Source: Candidatus Binatia bacterium (GTDB lineage: Bacteria > Desulfobacterota > Binatia > HRBIN30). Taken from it: DNA of 64,000 bases. The position numbers were made by a program, and so were the translations under genes. The DNA lies in NCBI GenBank assembly GCA_038245295.1, contig JBBRSP010000009.1, positions 96,001-160,000 of the forward strand. Reading direction: 5' to 3'. A model generated the notes under the pieces. It was not told the origin of the DNA and did not search any database. It worked only from the letters and a program-made list of their open reading frames with translations. Below, one piece after another: positions 40,681-53,172 of this stretch (position 1 is the first letter of the stretch; every line of letters starts with the position of its first letter).

Positions 40681-41265
40681 ATGCACTTCGAGGAAACCGA
40701 CGTTGTCTCGCATCCGGCAGGGCTCATTCTCGAAACGATGATCGAGCGCATGCAGGACATCGTGCCGTACCTCGACAACATCGAGTCGATCGAGACGCAA
40801 GAACGCAAGGACCTGCCGAAGGGACGCATCCGCATCGTTCGCCGCTGGCAGGGGGCGGCGACATCGGTGCCGAGCGTGGTGCGGCCGTTCGTTACCCGCG
40901 ACCTGCTCGGTTGGCTCGACACCGCACTGTGGGTGCCACCCGAACATCGCGTCGAATGGTCGCAGTCACCATGTGTCAGCGGTGCCGCACAGTTCTACGA
41001 CTGTTCCGGCATCAACTACTTCGAGCCCGACCCGACCGATGCCGGCCACACGCTCATTCGCATCACCGGGGAACTGCTCATCCACCCCGATCGACTACCC
41101 GGCGTGCCACGTTTCCTGGCGCACCGCATCGCACCACAGATCGAGAGCTTCGTGGTCGGCTTGATCACGCCAAACCTCATGGGCTTGGCAAAAGGCCTCC
41201 AGAACTATTTCGATCAGCGTGGCGGCGGCAAGAAGACAACAGCCCGCAAGAAACCTGGGCGGTGA
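40681..41265 (+). CDS. Hypothetical protein, START/DUF2505-like
   Basis: GGAGG RBS; coherent globular sequence; fold call is tentative. Confidence 0.6.
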   Translation: MHFEETDVVSHPAGLILETMIERMQDIVPYLDNIESIETQERKDLPKGRIRIVRRWQGAATSVPSVVRPFVTRDLLGWLDTALWVPPEHRVEWSQSPCVSGAAQFYDCSGINYFEPDPTDAGHTLIRITGELLIHPDRLPGVPRFLAHRIAPQIESFVVGLITPNLMGLAKGLQNYFDQRGGGKKTTARKKPGR

Positions 41266-41284
41266 TCTGTCGACCTGAGGCAAT

Positions 41285-41530
41285 TTACGTCAACGCCGAC
41301 AAGCGCAGCGAGCGCAGGCGCGCTCTCTTCTTGTTCTGGTGTGACTCCATGCGCCGCAGGATATCGTCCAGCACACTCAACGCTTCGACGAGGTGCGGCC
41401 CCTTTTCCAGCAGGAGAATATCCTCAGGCCGATGCACGACCGACAAGCCGATCATGGCGGCGTGTGCCGCCACGAAGGCGAGGTCCTCGATGTCTTTTTC
41501 GGTGAGTGCCGGGGATCTCGATGCCGCGGT
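41285..41530 (-). pseudogene. Pyruvate kinase remnant with a large internal deletion
   Basis: PALTEKDIEDLAFV...IGLS.V..PED fused directly to KGPHLVEAL..LDDILRRM..HQ.KK..LR.L. Confidence 0.65.
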
Positions 41531-41723
41531 GGACGCACTCGCCAAATCCAAGGCACTGGTTGCTTCGACTCGTAAACAAAGAATTGAAGCAGAGCCTTAA
41601 ATCTCGTGTCACCCAACCGCGCACCGCCCAACCGCGTAACCGCCTCACCCGCGCCGTCCTCCGGAGCACCGTACTTCCCATAGACCGGGGGCTCCGGTAA
41701 CTGACCTTCAGGAGGGCACGGTA

Positions 41724-42191
41724 ATGCGGATCTGCTTCATCCAGGCGACGTGGCACAAGGAGATTGTCGATCAGTTGAAGGACTCGTTCGTCAGCGAGCT
41801 TGAACGGCTGAGCGGCGCAGTGCCGGAGATCGAGTTCGTCGAAGTGCCGGGGTCTCTCGAGTTGCCGTTGCAGGCCAAGCTCTTCGCCAAGAGCGGCCGC
41901 TTTGATGCGATCATCGTCGCCGGGTTGATCGTCGATGGTGGCATCTATCGCCATGAGTTCGTCGCCCACGCCGTGCTCGAAGGTATCATGGCGGCGCAGC
42001 TGCAAACCGAGACACCGATCCTGTCGGCGGTGCTGACACCGCAGGATTTCAGTAGCAGTGAACGCGAGCAGTTCTTTTACGATCACTTCCGTGTCAAAGG
42101 TCGCGAAACGGCCGCGGCCTGTGTCGGCGTGTTGCGCAATATGAGCCTGCATGCGCAGCGCTCGTTTGAGCAATCCGCCGCCACCGCTTGA
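41724..42191 (+). CDS. ribH: 6,7-dimethyl-8-ribityllumazine synthase (RibH2 type)
   Basis: ATWH..IV, VPGSLELP, DGGIYRHEFVA, SAVLTP, HF.VKG.E.A.AC. Confidence 0.9.
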   Translation: MRICFIQATWHKEIVDQLKDSFVSELERLSGAVPEIEFVEVPGSLELPLQAKLFAKSGRFDAIIVAGLIVDGGIYRHEFVAHAVLEGIMAAQLQTETPILSAVLTPQDFSSSEREQFFYDHFRVKGRETAAACVGVLRNMSLHAQRSFEQSAATA

Positions 42192-42247
42192 GATGTGATA
42201 GTGCGAGCGGCACTGCCGACTGTTGGCCCTGATGCAGAGAGCGACCT

Positions 42248-42553
42248 CTCCCTCTCCCACTTCGAACGGAATGACAGTTGGTGGGAGAGGGTCGGGATGA
42301 GGGCCCGCAGCTGTGACCATATACGACCGCAGGCGCACCCTCACACGGCTTTGCACGTAAATTCGACGAGCAGCCAGCGCTCAGCTCACCGCAGGCTGAA
42401 GCCTGCGCCTACCACGCTGAATACGCTGGCGAATTGGAAACCGGTAGGCGCAGGCTTCAGCCTGCGGAGTCCTCCAAAGCGAATTGCCGTGCAAAGCCCC
42501 CTCACCTCAACCCTCTCCCAGATGCTTCAGTCCGATCGAGCTGGGAGAGGGAG
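42248..42553. repeat. Family B palindromic doublet interrupted by a MITE
   Basis: Halves 42248-42346 and 42499-42553 align with 33386-33537. Confidence 0.75.
42347..42498. mobile_element. 152-bp MITE with 19-bp TIRs carrying a family A REP doublet
   Basis: TIRs GGCTTTGCACGTAAATTCG / CGAATTGCCGTGCAAAGCC (17/19); flanks CCCTCACAC / CCCTCACCT; REPs at 42389-42413 and 42443-42467. Confidence 0.75.
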
Positions 42554-42611
42554 TGCTGGCGCTCACTCGATTGACACACTCACCTTTGACCTACAACCGA
42601 ACGGAGGACTC

Positions 42612-43001
42612 ATGAAGGATCGCATCGGCCTGGCAACCAAGGTGGTGGCCATTGTCATCGCCCTCCGCAGCTTGATGAATCTGGCGAAGCCATTCGGTGC
42701 CGGCCGGCTCGTCTTCTTCGGCCACCTTTTGAGTGGCTGGCCCAACACGATCATCGCGCCGCTGTTGGGCATCTACATGCTGGTCCTGGTCTACGGGATG
42801 TGGACCAAGAAATCGTTCGCGCTGCCCATGAGCATCGCCTACGCAATCTTCGTCACACTCAACGTGCCGCTGTTTGTCGTCTTCGAAGGCATCCCGGCTC
42901 AGTTCAACGCCGCGCAATATGCTCTGTTCGGTATCCTCGGCATCGGCGGCGCCTGGCTGGCGCCGTGGCTCATCTCGCGGCAGCAATCAACCGCCGTGTA
43001 G
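42612..43001 (+). CDS. Hypothetical four-TM membrane protein
   Basis: GGAGG RBS; four hydrophobic helices. Confidence 0.75.
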   Translation: MKDRIGLATKVVAIVIALRSLMNLAKPFGAGRLVFFGHLLSGWPNTIIAPLLGIYMLVLVYGMWTKKSFALPMSIAYAIFVTLNVPLFVVFEGIPAQFNAAQYALFGILGIGGAWLAPWLISRQQSTAV

Positions 43002-43032
43002 GGCGGTTGGTTCGCGCACCAGGTGCGGGACT

Positions 43033-43057
43033 CCGCAGGCTGAAGCCTGCGCCCACC
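43033..43057. repeat. Single family A REP
   Basis: CCGCAGGCTGAAGCCTGCGCCCACC. Confidence 0.75.
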
Positions 43058-43086
43058 GCCGCACTCTGCGAAGGACGAGAATTGCC

Positions 43087-43329
43087 CTACCGCGTCGCGG
43101 GAGCGACTTCGACCTCCTCCGGTTCGTCAGCGTCCGGCACGTCGACGTCGGGCACCGCATCGGCGGGAGGAACAGCCACGTCATCGCCACGCGCCGCATC
43201 GTCCACGGCCGAGCCCTGAACTTCAGACCCTTCCTTGGCCGGCACCTGTTGAGTGTCAGGGTCGGCGACGGCACGGCCCACCATTACGGCCAGGAAGGTC
43301 GCGAACAAAATTGCGGGGATCGATCGCAT
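43087..43329 (-). CDS. Small secreted acidic protein
   Basis: GAGGAG RBS, signal peptide ending AVA, D/E/P/V-rich tail. Confidence 0.55.
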   Translation of the reverse strand: MRSIPAILFATFLAVMVGRAVADPDTQQVPAKEGSEVQGSAVDDAARGDDVAVPPADAVPDVDVPDADEPEEVEVAPATR

Positions 43330-43668
43330 CGGCTCCTCACTGTTCTGCGGCCCGATGCTGCATCGCACGACCGCCACGTTACGTCTCTCGAGTCGGGGCC
43401 TGCCTTCGGCATCCCTCTGCAAGCTCTGATGCCACGCGACGGTCGTTTGGTCTAGCGACTTTCCACGCACAAGGCCCAGACGCGGGCCCGGAGATACCCG
43501 TCCCTGGCACGTGTATCTCCCGCATTGCTGCACGGCGCCATGAGGTTCATTCTGCAGTCACGGAAGAAAGAACACTGTGAGGCGAGCGCGGCTGCTCGGC
43601 ATAACGTCGGGTCCGGGGTACAGGGTGCGGTCGAGCCCGCTCTTGGGGCGAACGTCCCTCAGGACTGG

Positions 43669-43842
43669 CTACTTGGGAGCGGTTGCTTCGGCGACAGCGG
43701 GCGAAACCTTCTTCAGCTTGGCGAGAAGCTTCTGACGTTCGCTGGTGGTCTTGGCGTTGGCGTACTTGGTGCGAATCTTTGCCAGGGTATCGCGGCGTTT
43801 GCGGCGGCGGCGGATGGTAGCTGAGCGTTCGGAACGGGCCAT
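43669..43842 (-). CDS. 57-aa highly basic protein (DUF6800-like), absent from the ORF track
   Basis: AGAGGAG RBS; MARSERSATIRRRRKRRDTLAKIRTKYANAKTTSERQKLLAKLKKVSPAVAEATAPK. Confidence 0.75.
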   Translation of the reverse strand: MARSERSATIRRRRKRRDTLAKIRTKYANAKTTSERQKLLAKLKKVSPAVAEATAPK

Positions 43843-43873
43843 TGTTTGATTCTCCTCTTGAGATCAGAAGCGT

Positions 43874-44275
43874 TTAGCGTGCTGCCTCGAGTCGGGCCTG
43901 GGCCCAGCGTCGACTGGCTTCCGCAGCGGCATACGCTTCGTCCGCTACAGCACCGGGCTGTGTCTTGGCTTCGGCGGCCTGCAACTCGGCGCGCACGGCG
44001 GTTTGATCCACCGCCTCGCCGGCGACGGCATCGTCGGCCAGAACACTCATGACATTGTCCAAAACTTCGGCAAAGCCGTTGCGGATCGCGACCTTCTTCA
44101 CACCGCGATCGGTCTTGTAGGTCAACACACCGATTTCGAGCGACGACAGCAGCCCGATGTGGTCGGGCAACACGCCAAACTCGCCGACTGTCCCGGGAGC
44201 GGTCACCTCACGCACTTGCTCGTCGAGCAATTGTGCCTTGGGTGTGACGATGCGGAGTTGAAAACTGCTGGCCAT
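43874..44275 (-). CDS. atpC: ATP synthase F1 epsilon
   Basis: LRIVTP, PG..GEFGVLPDH, GFAEV. Confidence 0.95.
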   Translation of the reverse strand: MASSFQLRIVTPKAQLLDEQVREVTAPGTVGEFGVLPDHIGLLSSLEIGVLTYKTDRGVKKVAIRNGFAEVLDNVMSVLADDAVAGEAVDQTAVRAELQAAEAKTQPGAVADEAYAAAEASRRWAQARLEAAR

Positions 44276-44286
44276 TCGATCTCCGC

Positions 44287-46592
<2,306 letters not shown>

Positions 46593-46613
46593 GGTTGTGC
46601 CGTCCGCTCCGCT

Positions 46614-48122
<1,509 letters not shown>

Positions 48123-48138
48123 TGGTGCGAATTCCTTC

Positions 48139-48681
48139 CTAGAGTGAGGCGGTTCCGGCGAGCTCGGCGGCGAGTCGGTTCAACTGGGTTCGAATGCTGC
48201 CGTCGTATACTTTGCCGGCTGCCTCGACGACGACGCCGCCCAGCAGGGCAGGATCAATTACAACGCTGGGAAGCACCTGCTTACCGGTGAGCGTGCTGAA
48301 TTTGGAGACAATCTCGGCTTGTTGCGCTTCGTCCAGCGGCATCGACGTGCGAATCGTGATGCGTACGCGGCTCATGGCGCTATCGATCATGCGTCCGAAC
48401 TGCTCGTTGATCGCGGCGAGCGAGCCGAGACGCTTCTGGTCGGCGAGGAAACGTAGGAAACGAGTCAGCAGGTCGGATAGCCCAAGCTCGGTCGCCAGAG
48501 TCTGGGCCAGACCGGAACGTTGGGCCGGCGACAAGAGCGGGCTCACCATGACGCGATCGACACTCGGATCCAGCGCCACGGCGGTAAGCCGATCCAATTG
48601 TTCAGCGACGGCCTCGAGAGTATTGCTCTCCTGCGCCAATTCAAAAAGGGCCTTGGCGTAACGACGTGCGACGGCGCTCAC
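48139..48681 (-). CDS. atpH: ATP synthase F1 delta
   Basis: [20 protein letters not shown]. Confidence 0.93.
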   Translation of the reverse strand: MSAVARRYAKALFELAQESNTLEAVAEQLDRLTAVALDPSVDRVMVSPLLSPAQRSGLAQTLATELGLSDLLTRFLRFLADQKRLGSLAAINEQFGRMIDSAMSRVRITIRTSMPLDEAQQAEIVSKFSTLTGKQVLPSVVIDPALLGGVVVEAAGKVYDGSIRTQLNRLAAELAGTASL

Positions 48682-49262
48682 GATTCCACCTGCTTCAAGA
48701 ACTCGGTCACCGAGCGTTGTTGGTCGCCGTTGTTCCAGCCGCTCTTGACCGTTGTCTCGGCGATCTGGATCGCTTCGCGGACCAAGTCCCCGCGTAGTTG
48801 CTGCTGCACGCGTCGGACCTCGGCGGTGGCGGCGCGTTCCGCGTCACGCCGAATCGATTCGGCCGTGGTTTGAGCGGCGCTGAGAATGCGGTCGCGTTCA
48901 CGTTCCGCGTCCTGCTTCGCGGCAACCCGCAGGGCATCGATCTCGCTTTGCAAATTGGCCAGCCGCCGTTGCCATTCGGCCTTGGCCTTCTCGGCTTCGG
49001 CCTTCGCCTCGGCGGCCTCCTGCATGGTTTTTACGATTTGATCGCGGCGATCCGCCACGGCTTGCTTGACCCCAGGCCACACCTTGCGGGCTATCAGCAG
49101 CGCAAAGAGACAGAAGTTGATGGCGGAGAAAAGCAGTGTAGCCCACGGGATACCGTGCTCGTCGTGGCGCCCTTCGGCGTGGCCTTCCTCGGCGAAGGCC
49201 CGCGCCACATCCGCAATGGTCAGGGTGAATGCGATTGCAGCGGCCTGCCACCGAGCCTTCAT
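48678..49262 (-). CDS. atpF: ATP synthase F0 subunit b
   Basis: INF TM segment followed by coiled coil; operon position. Confidence 0.88.
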   Translation of the reverse strand: MKARWQAAAIAFTLTIADVARAFAEEGHAEGRHDEHGIPWATLLFSAINFCLFALLIARKVWPGVKQAVADRRDQIVKTMQEAAEAKAEAEKAKAEWQRRLANLQSEIDALRVAAKQDAERERDRILSAAQTTAESIRRDAERAATAEVRRVQQQLRGDLVREAIQIAETTVKSGWNNGDQQRSVTEFLKQVES

Positions 49263-49693
49263 GCCAGCGACCTCCCGACAACACGATCCACGACCTGCGC
49301 CGCCAGGGTGCGCGCTTCGACACCGATGCCGTCGCGACTGGCCGCCGTTTGGCGAGTCAAGTTGTCACGCAATTGGGCGAGCTGCGCCGAAGCCTGCTGG
49401 CGCGCCCCGGTCAGTACGGCCTGCTCCGATTTCTCGGTAGCGTCGCGTGCCGCCTGGGCCTCGCCGGCCAACATGTCGCGAACTTCCTTCATCTTACGAT
49501 CGTAGTCGGCAGCGGTCAGAGCTGCGGCCGCCTGCATCTCGTCGGCCGAATGTTTGGCGCCGATCGTGCGCGCTTCGCGCTGCTCGATCAGCTTCAACAT
49601 CGGATCCCACAGGATGGCCTTCAGGACCAACCACAGGATGAAGAAGGAGATGACCTGAATGACAAATGAAAAATCAGGAGGGAACGCCAACAT
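49259..49693 (-). CDS. atpF: ATP synthase F0 subunit b'
   Basis: PD.SF.IQ..F.IL..L..L..P....RE; coiled coil; operon position. Confidence 0.85.
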   Translation of the reverse strand: MLAFPPDFSFVIQVISFFILWLVLKAILWDPMLKLIEQREARTIGAKHSADEMQAAAALTAADYDRKMKEVRDMLAGEAQAARDATEKSEQAVLTGARQQASAQLAQLRDNLTRQTAASRDGIGVEARTLAAQVVDRVVGRSLA

Positions 49694-49869
49694 GCGCTTT
49701 TTCTTCTCTCCGCCCTAACTGAACCGTGCGGCTCCCACCCGTCGCATACATGCGCCTCGTTGCCATCTGCCTGGCAATTCCGTCGAGGCCACTTGCTGCG
49801 CGGCTCCCGTGTGCCCGGACGATCCCGGCCACACCAAATCACTCAAAGTTTGCTGACGGCCCGCCGATG

Positions 49870-50373
49870 TTACTGCTTCGGACCAGCCCCGCCTGCCGCC
49901 ACACGATCCCCTTGCGGGAACTGCGCGACTTTTTGATTCGACTTGCTATCGCCAGCCGAACCCATCGAACAATGACCTTCGAAGGTCACGCCCTCGTGAA
50001 TCACCAGACTCGGTGTCGTGATATTCCCGGTCAGTTTCCCCGGAGCGCGTAGTTCAACGCGCTTACGAGCCACGACATCGCCTTGCAGCTTGCCCGTCAG
50101 GATCACGGTGCCAGCGGTGATTTGAGCTTTCACGACCGCGGTTTCACCAATGATCACCGCGTCTTGGGCCTGGATTTCACCCTCTACCTGCCCATCAATA
50201 CGCACGCTGCCCTCGAAGGACAGCTTCCCTTCGACACGACTGCCTTTGCCAAGGTGCGCCTGCACACTTGGTTCGTTAGACACCGGCTCACCCGGTAGCA
50301 CGGGCGAGTTGATGAACGCCGGCCGCGCATCCTCGGGACGTTGCGGTTTATCGTCCTTTCCGAACAAGGCCAT
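49870..50373 (-). CDS. Bactofilin (polymer-forming cytoskeletal protein)
   Basis: LGKG..VEGKL.F.G.VRIDG.VEGEI...L.I.EG..FEGHCSM. Confidence 0.9.
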   Translation of the reverse strand: MALFGKDDKPQRPEDARPAFINSPVLPGEPVSNEPSVQAHLGKGSRVEGKLSFEGSVRIDGQVEGEIQAQDAVIIGETAVVKAQITAGTVILTGKLQGDVVARKRVELRAPGKLTGNITTPSLVIHEGVTFEGHCSMGSAGDSKSNQKVAQFPQGDRVAAGGAGPKQ

Positions 50374-50531
50374 AGTGGTCGTCTCCCGTGAGGTGGAGTT
50401 ACAACGGCGGCGTCATAACACCCGATCTTTTTGTTGTAAACAGAATGTGGGCGGGTTTTACTCCACCCGACTTTCACCGCGGTCCTATCGGCAACACCCT
50501 CCCTCGATTGGATTCTCGACGCTTCTTGCCA

Positions 50532-51386
50532 TCAGAGTTTGCTCAACTGCTCGATCAATCCGTTCAACTGATCAAGCGAGTAGTAATCGATCTCGATCTT
50601 GCCGGCGCCGTTGCGTCGCGTGTTGATCCGCACCTTGGTCCCGAGGCTCTCCGTAAGCCGGCGCTCACAAGCCTGCGCTTCGATGTCAGGTTCGACGTTG
50701 CGCTTTACTTTCGCCATCTGTTCGGCCTGGCGCACGGTTAGGCGCTTGCGGATGATCTCGCGCGCCATTTCGATCTTGGCTTCTTCGGCCTCGAGCAGGA
50801 TCAAGGCGCGGGCGTGCCCGGCCGAGAGCGTCCCCGCTTCGATCGCCCGACGTACCTCTTCCGGAAGCGACAACAGCCGCAAGGTATTGGCAATGGTCGA
50901 GCGATCTTTGCTTACCCGATCGGCGATCTGCTGTTGGGTCAGACTGAACTCGTCGAGCAGGCGACTGTAGGCAACTGCCTCTTCCATCGGGTTGAGATCT
51001 TCGCGCTGGATATTTTCGATCAGCGCCAACTCGAGCATCTCGGTATCGTCGACATCGCGCACGACCACCGGCGCCTGCTCGATACCGGCTGAGAGCGCCG
51101 CTCGGAACCGACGCTCACCGGCGATGAGCTGGTACGATCCATTGTGCGGTCGAACCAGGAGAGGCTGTAGGATCCCCTTTTCAAGAATCGACGCCGCCAG
51201 CTCGGCAATCGCCTCGGGGGCGAAGATCCGCCGTGGCTGCTTCGGATTGGGATGAATCGACGACAAAGGAAGCACCGTCGTCGGTACCGGAACCTTAACC
51301 GTCACGGCGGGCTCGGCGTCGACGTTGGTCGGGATAAGCGCTCCCAACCCACGCCCCAGCGCCCTGCGCTTGGCCGATGCTTCCAT
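50532..51386 (-). CDS. parB: Chromosome partitioning protein ParB
   Basis: LGRGLGAL, QPR, IAGERRFRA, ENIQREDL, HTH RSTIANTLRL. Confidence 0.96.
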   Translation of the reverse strand: MEASAKRRALGRGLGALIPTNVDAEPAVTVKVPVPTTVLPLSSIHPNPKQPRRIFAPEAIAELAASILEKGILQPLLVRPHNGSYQLIAGERRFRAALSAGIEQAPVVVRDVDDTEMLELALIENIQREDLNPMEEAVAYSRLLDEFSLTQQQIADRVSKDRSTIANTLRLLSLPEEVRRAIEAGTLSAGHARALILLEAEEAKIEMAREIIRKRLTVRQAEQMAKVKRNVEPDIEAQACERRLTESLGTKVRINTRRNGAGKIEIDYYSLDQLNGLIEQLSKL

Positions 51387-52264
51387 CAACCGCCTCCTTC
51401 TTCTTCCGACGCACTCGGCGCGATCACATCCGCCACCACAGCAGGGTCAATCCCTTCGGGTGCGGATTGGGTTCGATGGGCAGCCTCTGCTTCGCTCGCC
51501 AGCCCGCGCCGCTGCAGCAACTCGCGCGCCACGGCTTGGTAGGCTTCCGCTCCGCGCGACGTCGGATCGTAGACAACTGCCGGCAACCCGTGACTCGGCG
51601 CCTCGCTCAGCCGCACGTTGCGCGGCACAATCGTTTCAAACACTTCTTTGGCGAAATGCTGTCGCACCTCGTCGGCCACCTGGTGCGACAGGCTGTTGCG
51701 CGTATCGAACATCGTCAGGACCAGGCCTTCGATCGACAACTGGGGGTTGAGACGCTTGCGAATCAACTCAATCGTCTGCATCAGCGCGCTCAAACCCTCC
51801 AGCGCGTAGTACTCACACTGCAACGGCACAAGCACCGAATCCGCCGCAGTCAGGCCGTTCAGGGTCAAAAGTCCCAGGGACGGCGGGCAATCAATCAAAA
51901 TGAAGTCGAAATTGTCTCGCACCTTCGCCAAGGCCTCCGCCAAGCGGTGCTCACGCGCCAAAAGTGGCACAAGCTCGATCTCGGCGCCGATGAGATCACG
52001 ATTGGCGGGCAGGACAGATAGGTTCTCGACCGAGGATGCCAGTGCAACCTCGGCAACGGATCGCTCACCAAGCAAAACATCGTAAACCGAGGTCGACACC
52101 GAACTCATAGGGATTCCGACGCCGCTCGTCGCGCTGCCTTGTGGGTCGGAATCGATCAAGAGCGTCTTGTGCCCCAGCAGAGCCAGGGCCGCGGACAGAT
52201 TGATCGCCGTCGTCGTCTTCCCGACGCCGCCTTTCTGATTGGCTATACAGATGATGCGACCCAC
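51386..52264 (-). CDS. parA: Chromosome partitioning ATPase ParA/Soj
   Basis: NQKGGVGKTT, DPQG, IDCPPSLG, EAPSHG. Confidence 0.96.
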   Translation of the reverse strand: MGRIICIANQKGGVGKTTTAINLSAALALLGHKTLLIDSDPQGSATSGVGIPMSSVSTSVYDVLLGERSVAEVALASSVENLSVLPANRDLIGAEIELVPLLAREHRLAEALAKVRDNFDFILIDCPPSLGLLTLNGLTAADSVLVPLQCEYYALEGLSALMQTIELIRKRLNPQLSIEGLVLTMFDTRNSLSHQVADEVRQHFAKEVFETIVPRNVRLSEAPSHGLPAVVYDPTSRGAEAYQAVARELLQRRGLASEAEAAHRTQSAPEGIDPAVVADVIAPSASEEEGGG

Positions 52265-52328
52265 GTGTTCCCCACTGCGTGATTAAAGGTCCGTCGGTCT
52301 TAGCACAGCGCCATCGGCAAGCGGAAGG

Positions 52329-52344
52329 TGTTTCACGTGAAACA
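52329..52344. promoter_or_regulatory. parS centromere site
   Basis: TGTTTCACGTGAAACA, exact consensus. Confidence 0.95.
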
Positions 52345-52387
52345 CAGTCATCGGAGCAGCGGTCGCCCGGATTTGATCAAAGGGGTG

Positions 52388-52497
52388 ATCGCTTGAAACT
52401 GCGCAAACACCGCCGTCATACCGGCGAAAGCCGGTATCTCGCCAGATGACGTTGCTCCACTTTGGTTTTACGACAGACTCCTTCGCCGGCATGACGG
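52388..52497. repeat. Family C palindromic element (GTCATACCGGCGAAAGCCGG) with one 45-bp-type unit; deleted homologue of 61838-61991
   Basis: Near-identical blocks in both locations. Confidence 0.8.
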
Positions 52498-52506
52498 AGT
52501 GAATAA

Positions 52507-52522
52507 TGTTTCACGTGAAACA
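52507..52522. promoter_or_regulatory. parS centromere site
   Basis: TGTTTCACGTGAAACA, exact consensus. Confidence 0.95.
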
Positions 52523-52536
52523 CTCGGCCGTACGGC

Positions 52537-53172
52537 TCAGTCGAACCGGAAGACGAGGAGCACACGCGAACGTTCTGCCGGCAACTCATACTCCCGGCGC
52601 TCGATCAACGTGAACCGGAGCGCGGGATCCACCTTTGGCTCGGCCTCACTCGGTCCCTTCATCGCGATGACAATCCCGCCAGGAGTCAGGAGCGGTCGCG
52701 CCAACCGCAACAGGGTCGATGTCTCCGCCAGGGCGCGCGCCGTGACGACGGTCGCTTTCACCTCCGGTTGATGATCTTCGGCGCGTCCCTCGAAAACGCT
52801 GGTGTTGACGAGTTCGGCGCGGCGCGACACCTCACGGAGGAAGTTGGCCTTCTTGCGACGCGACTCGATCATCGTCACGCGACAGTCGGGGCGAACGATC
52901 GCCAGGGGGATGGCGGGAAAGCCTGCACCGCTTCCAAGATCAATGATCGTTGCGTTCGGCGAGATGAGGGGGACCACGTGCAGGCTATCGAAAGCGTGAC
53001 GCTCGACCAGATCGCGCGGCGTCGCCGTCGACACGAGCGATACGGTGCGGTTCCACAGGACGAGAAGATCGAAGTAGGTCGAGAAGCGCGAGCGAGCGAG
53101 CGGAGTCAGTTCAACCTGAACCGACGCGCCAAGACGCTCCAGATGTGTGAGCTCGCCATCATCGAACGGCAT
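52537..53172 (-). CDS. rsmG: 16S rRNA m7G527 methyltransferase
   Basis: RH..DSL, DLGSGAGFP, RKKANFL, RAE, ARA, MKG. Confidence 0.94.
   Translation of the reverse strand: MPFDDGELTHLERLGASVQVELTPLARSRFSTYFDLLVLWNRTVSLVSTATPRDLVERHAFDSLHVVPLISPNATIIDLGSGAGFPAIPLAIVRPDCRVTMIESRRKKANFLREVSRRAELVNTSVFEGRAEDHQPEVKATVVTARALAETSTLLRLARPLLTPGGIVIAMKGPSEAEPKVDPALRFTLIERREYELPAERSRVLLVFRFD

Noticed and set aside
41590..41723. FMN riboswitch upstream of ribH
   Set aside because: Conserved RFN blocks are not present.
42998..43030. Peptide echo VGRLVR(A/R)PGAG also encoded at 3171-3203, each overlapping a TAG stop
   Set aside because: Only 22/33 nt identical, no start or RBS, and both lie in repeat-rich gene ends; most likely diverged GTAG repeats or chance.
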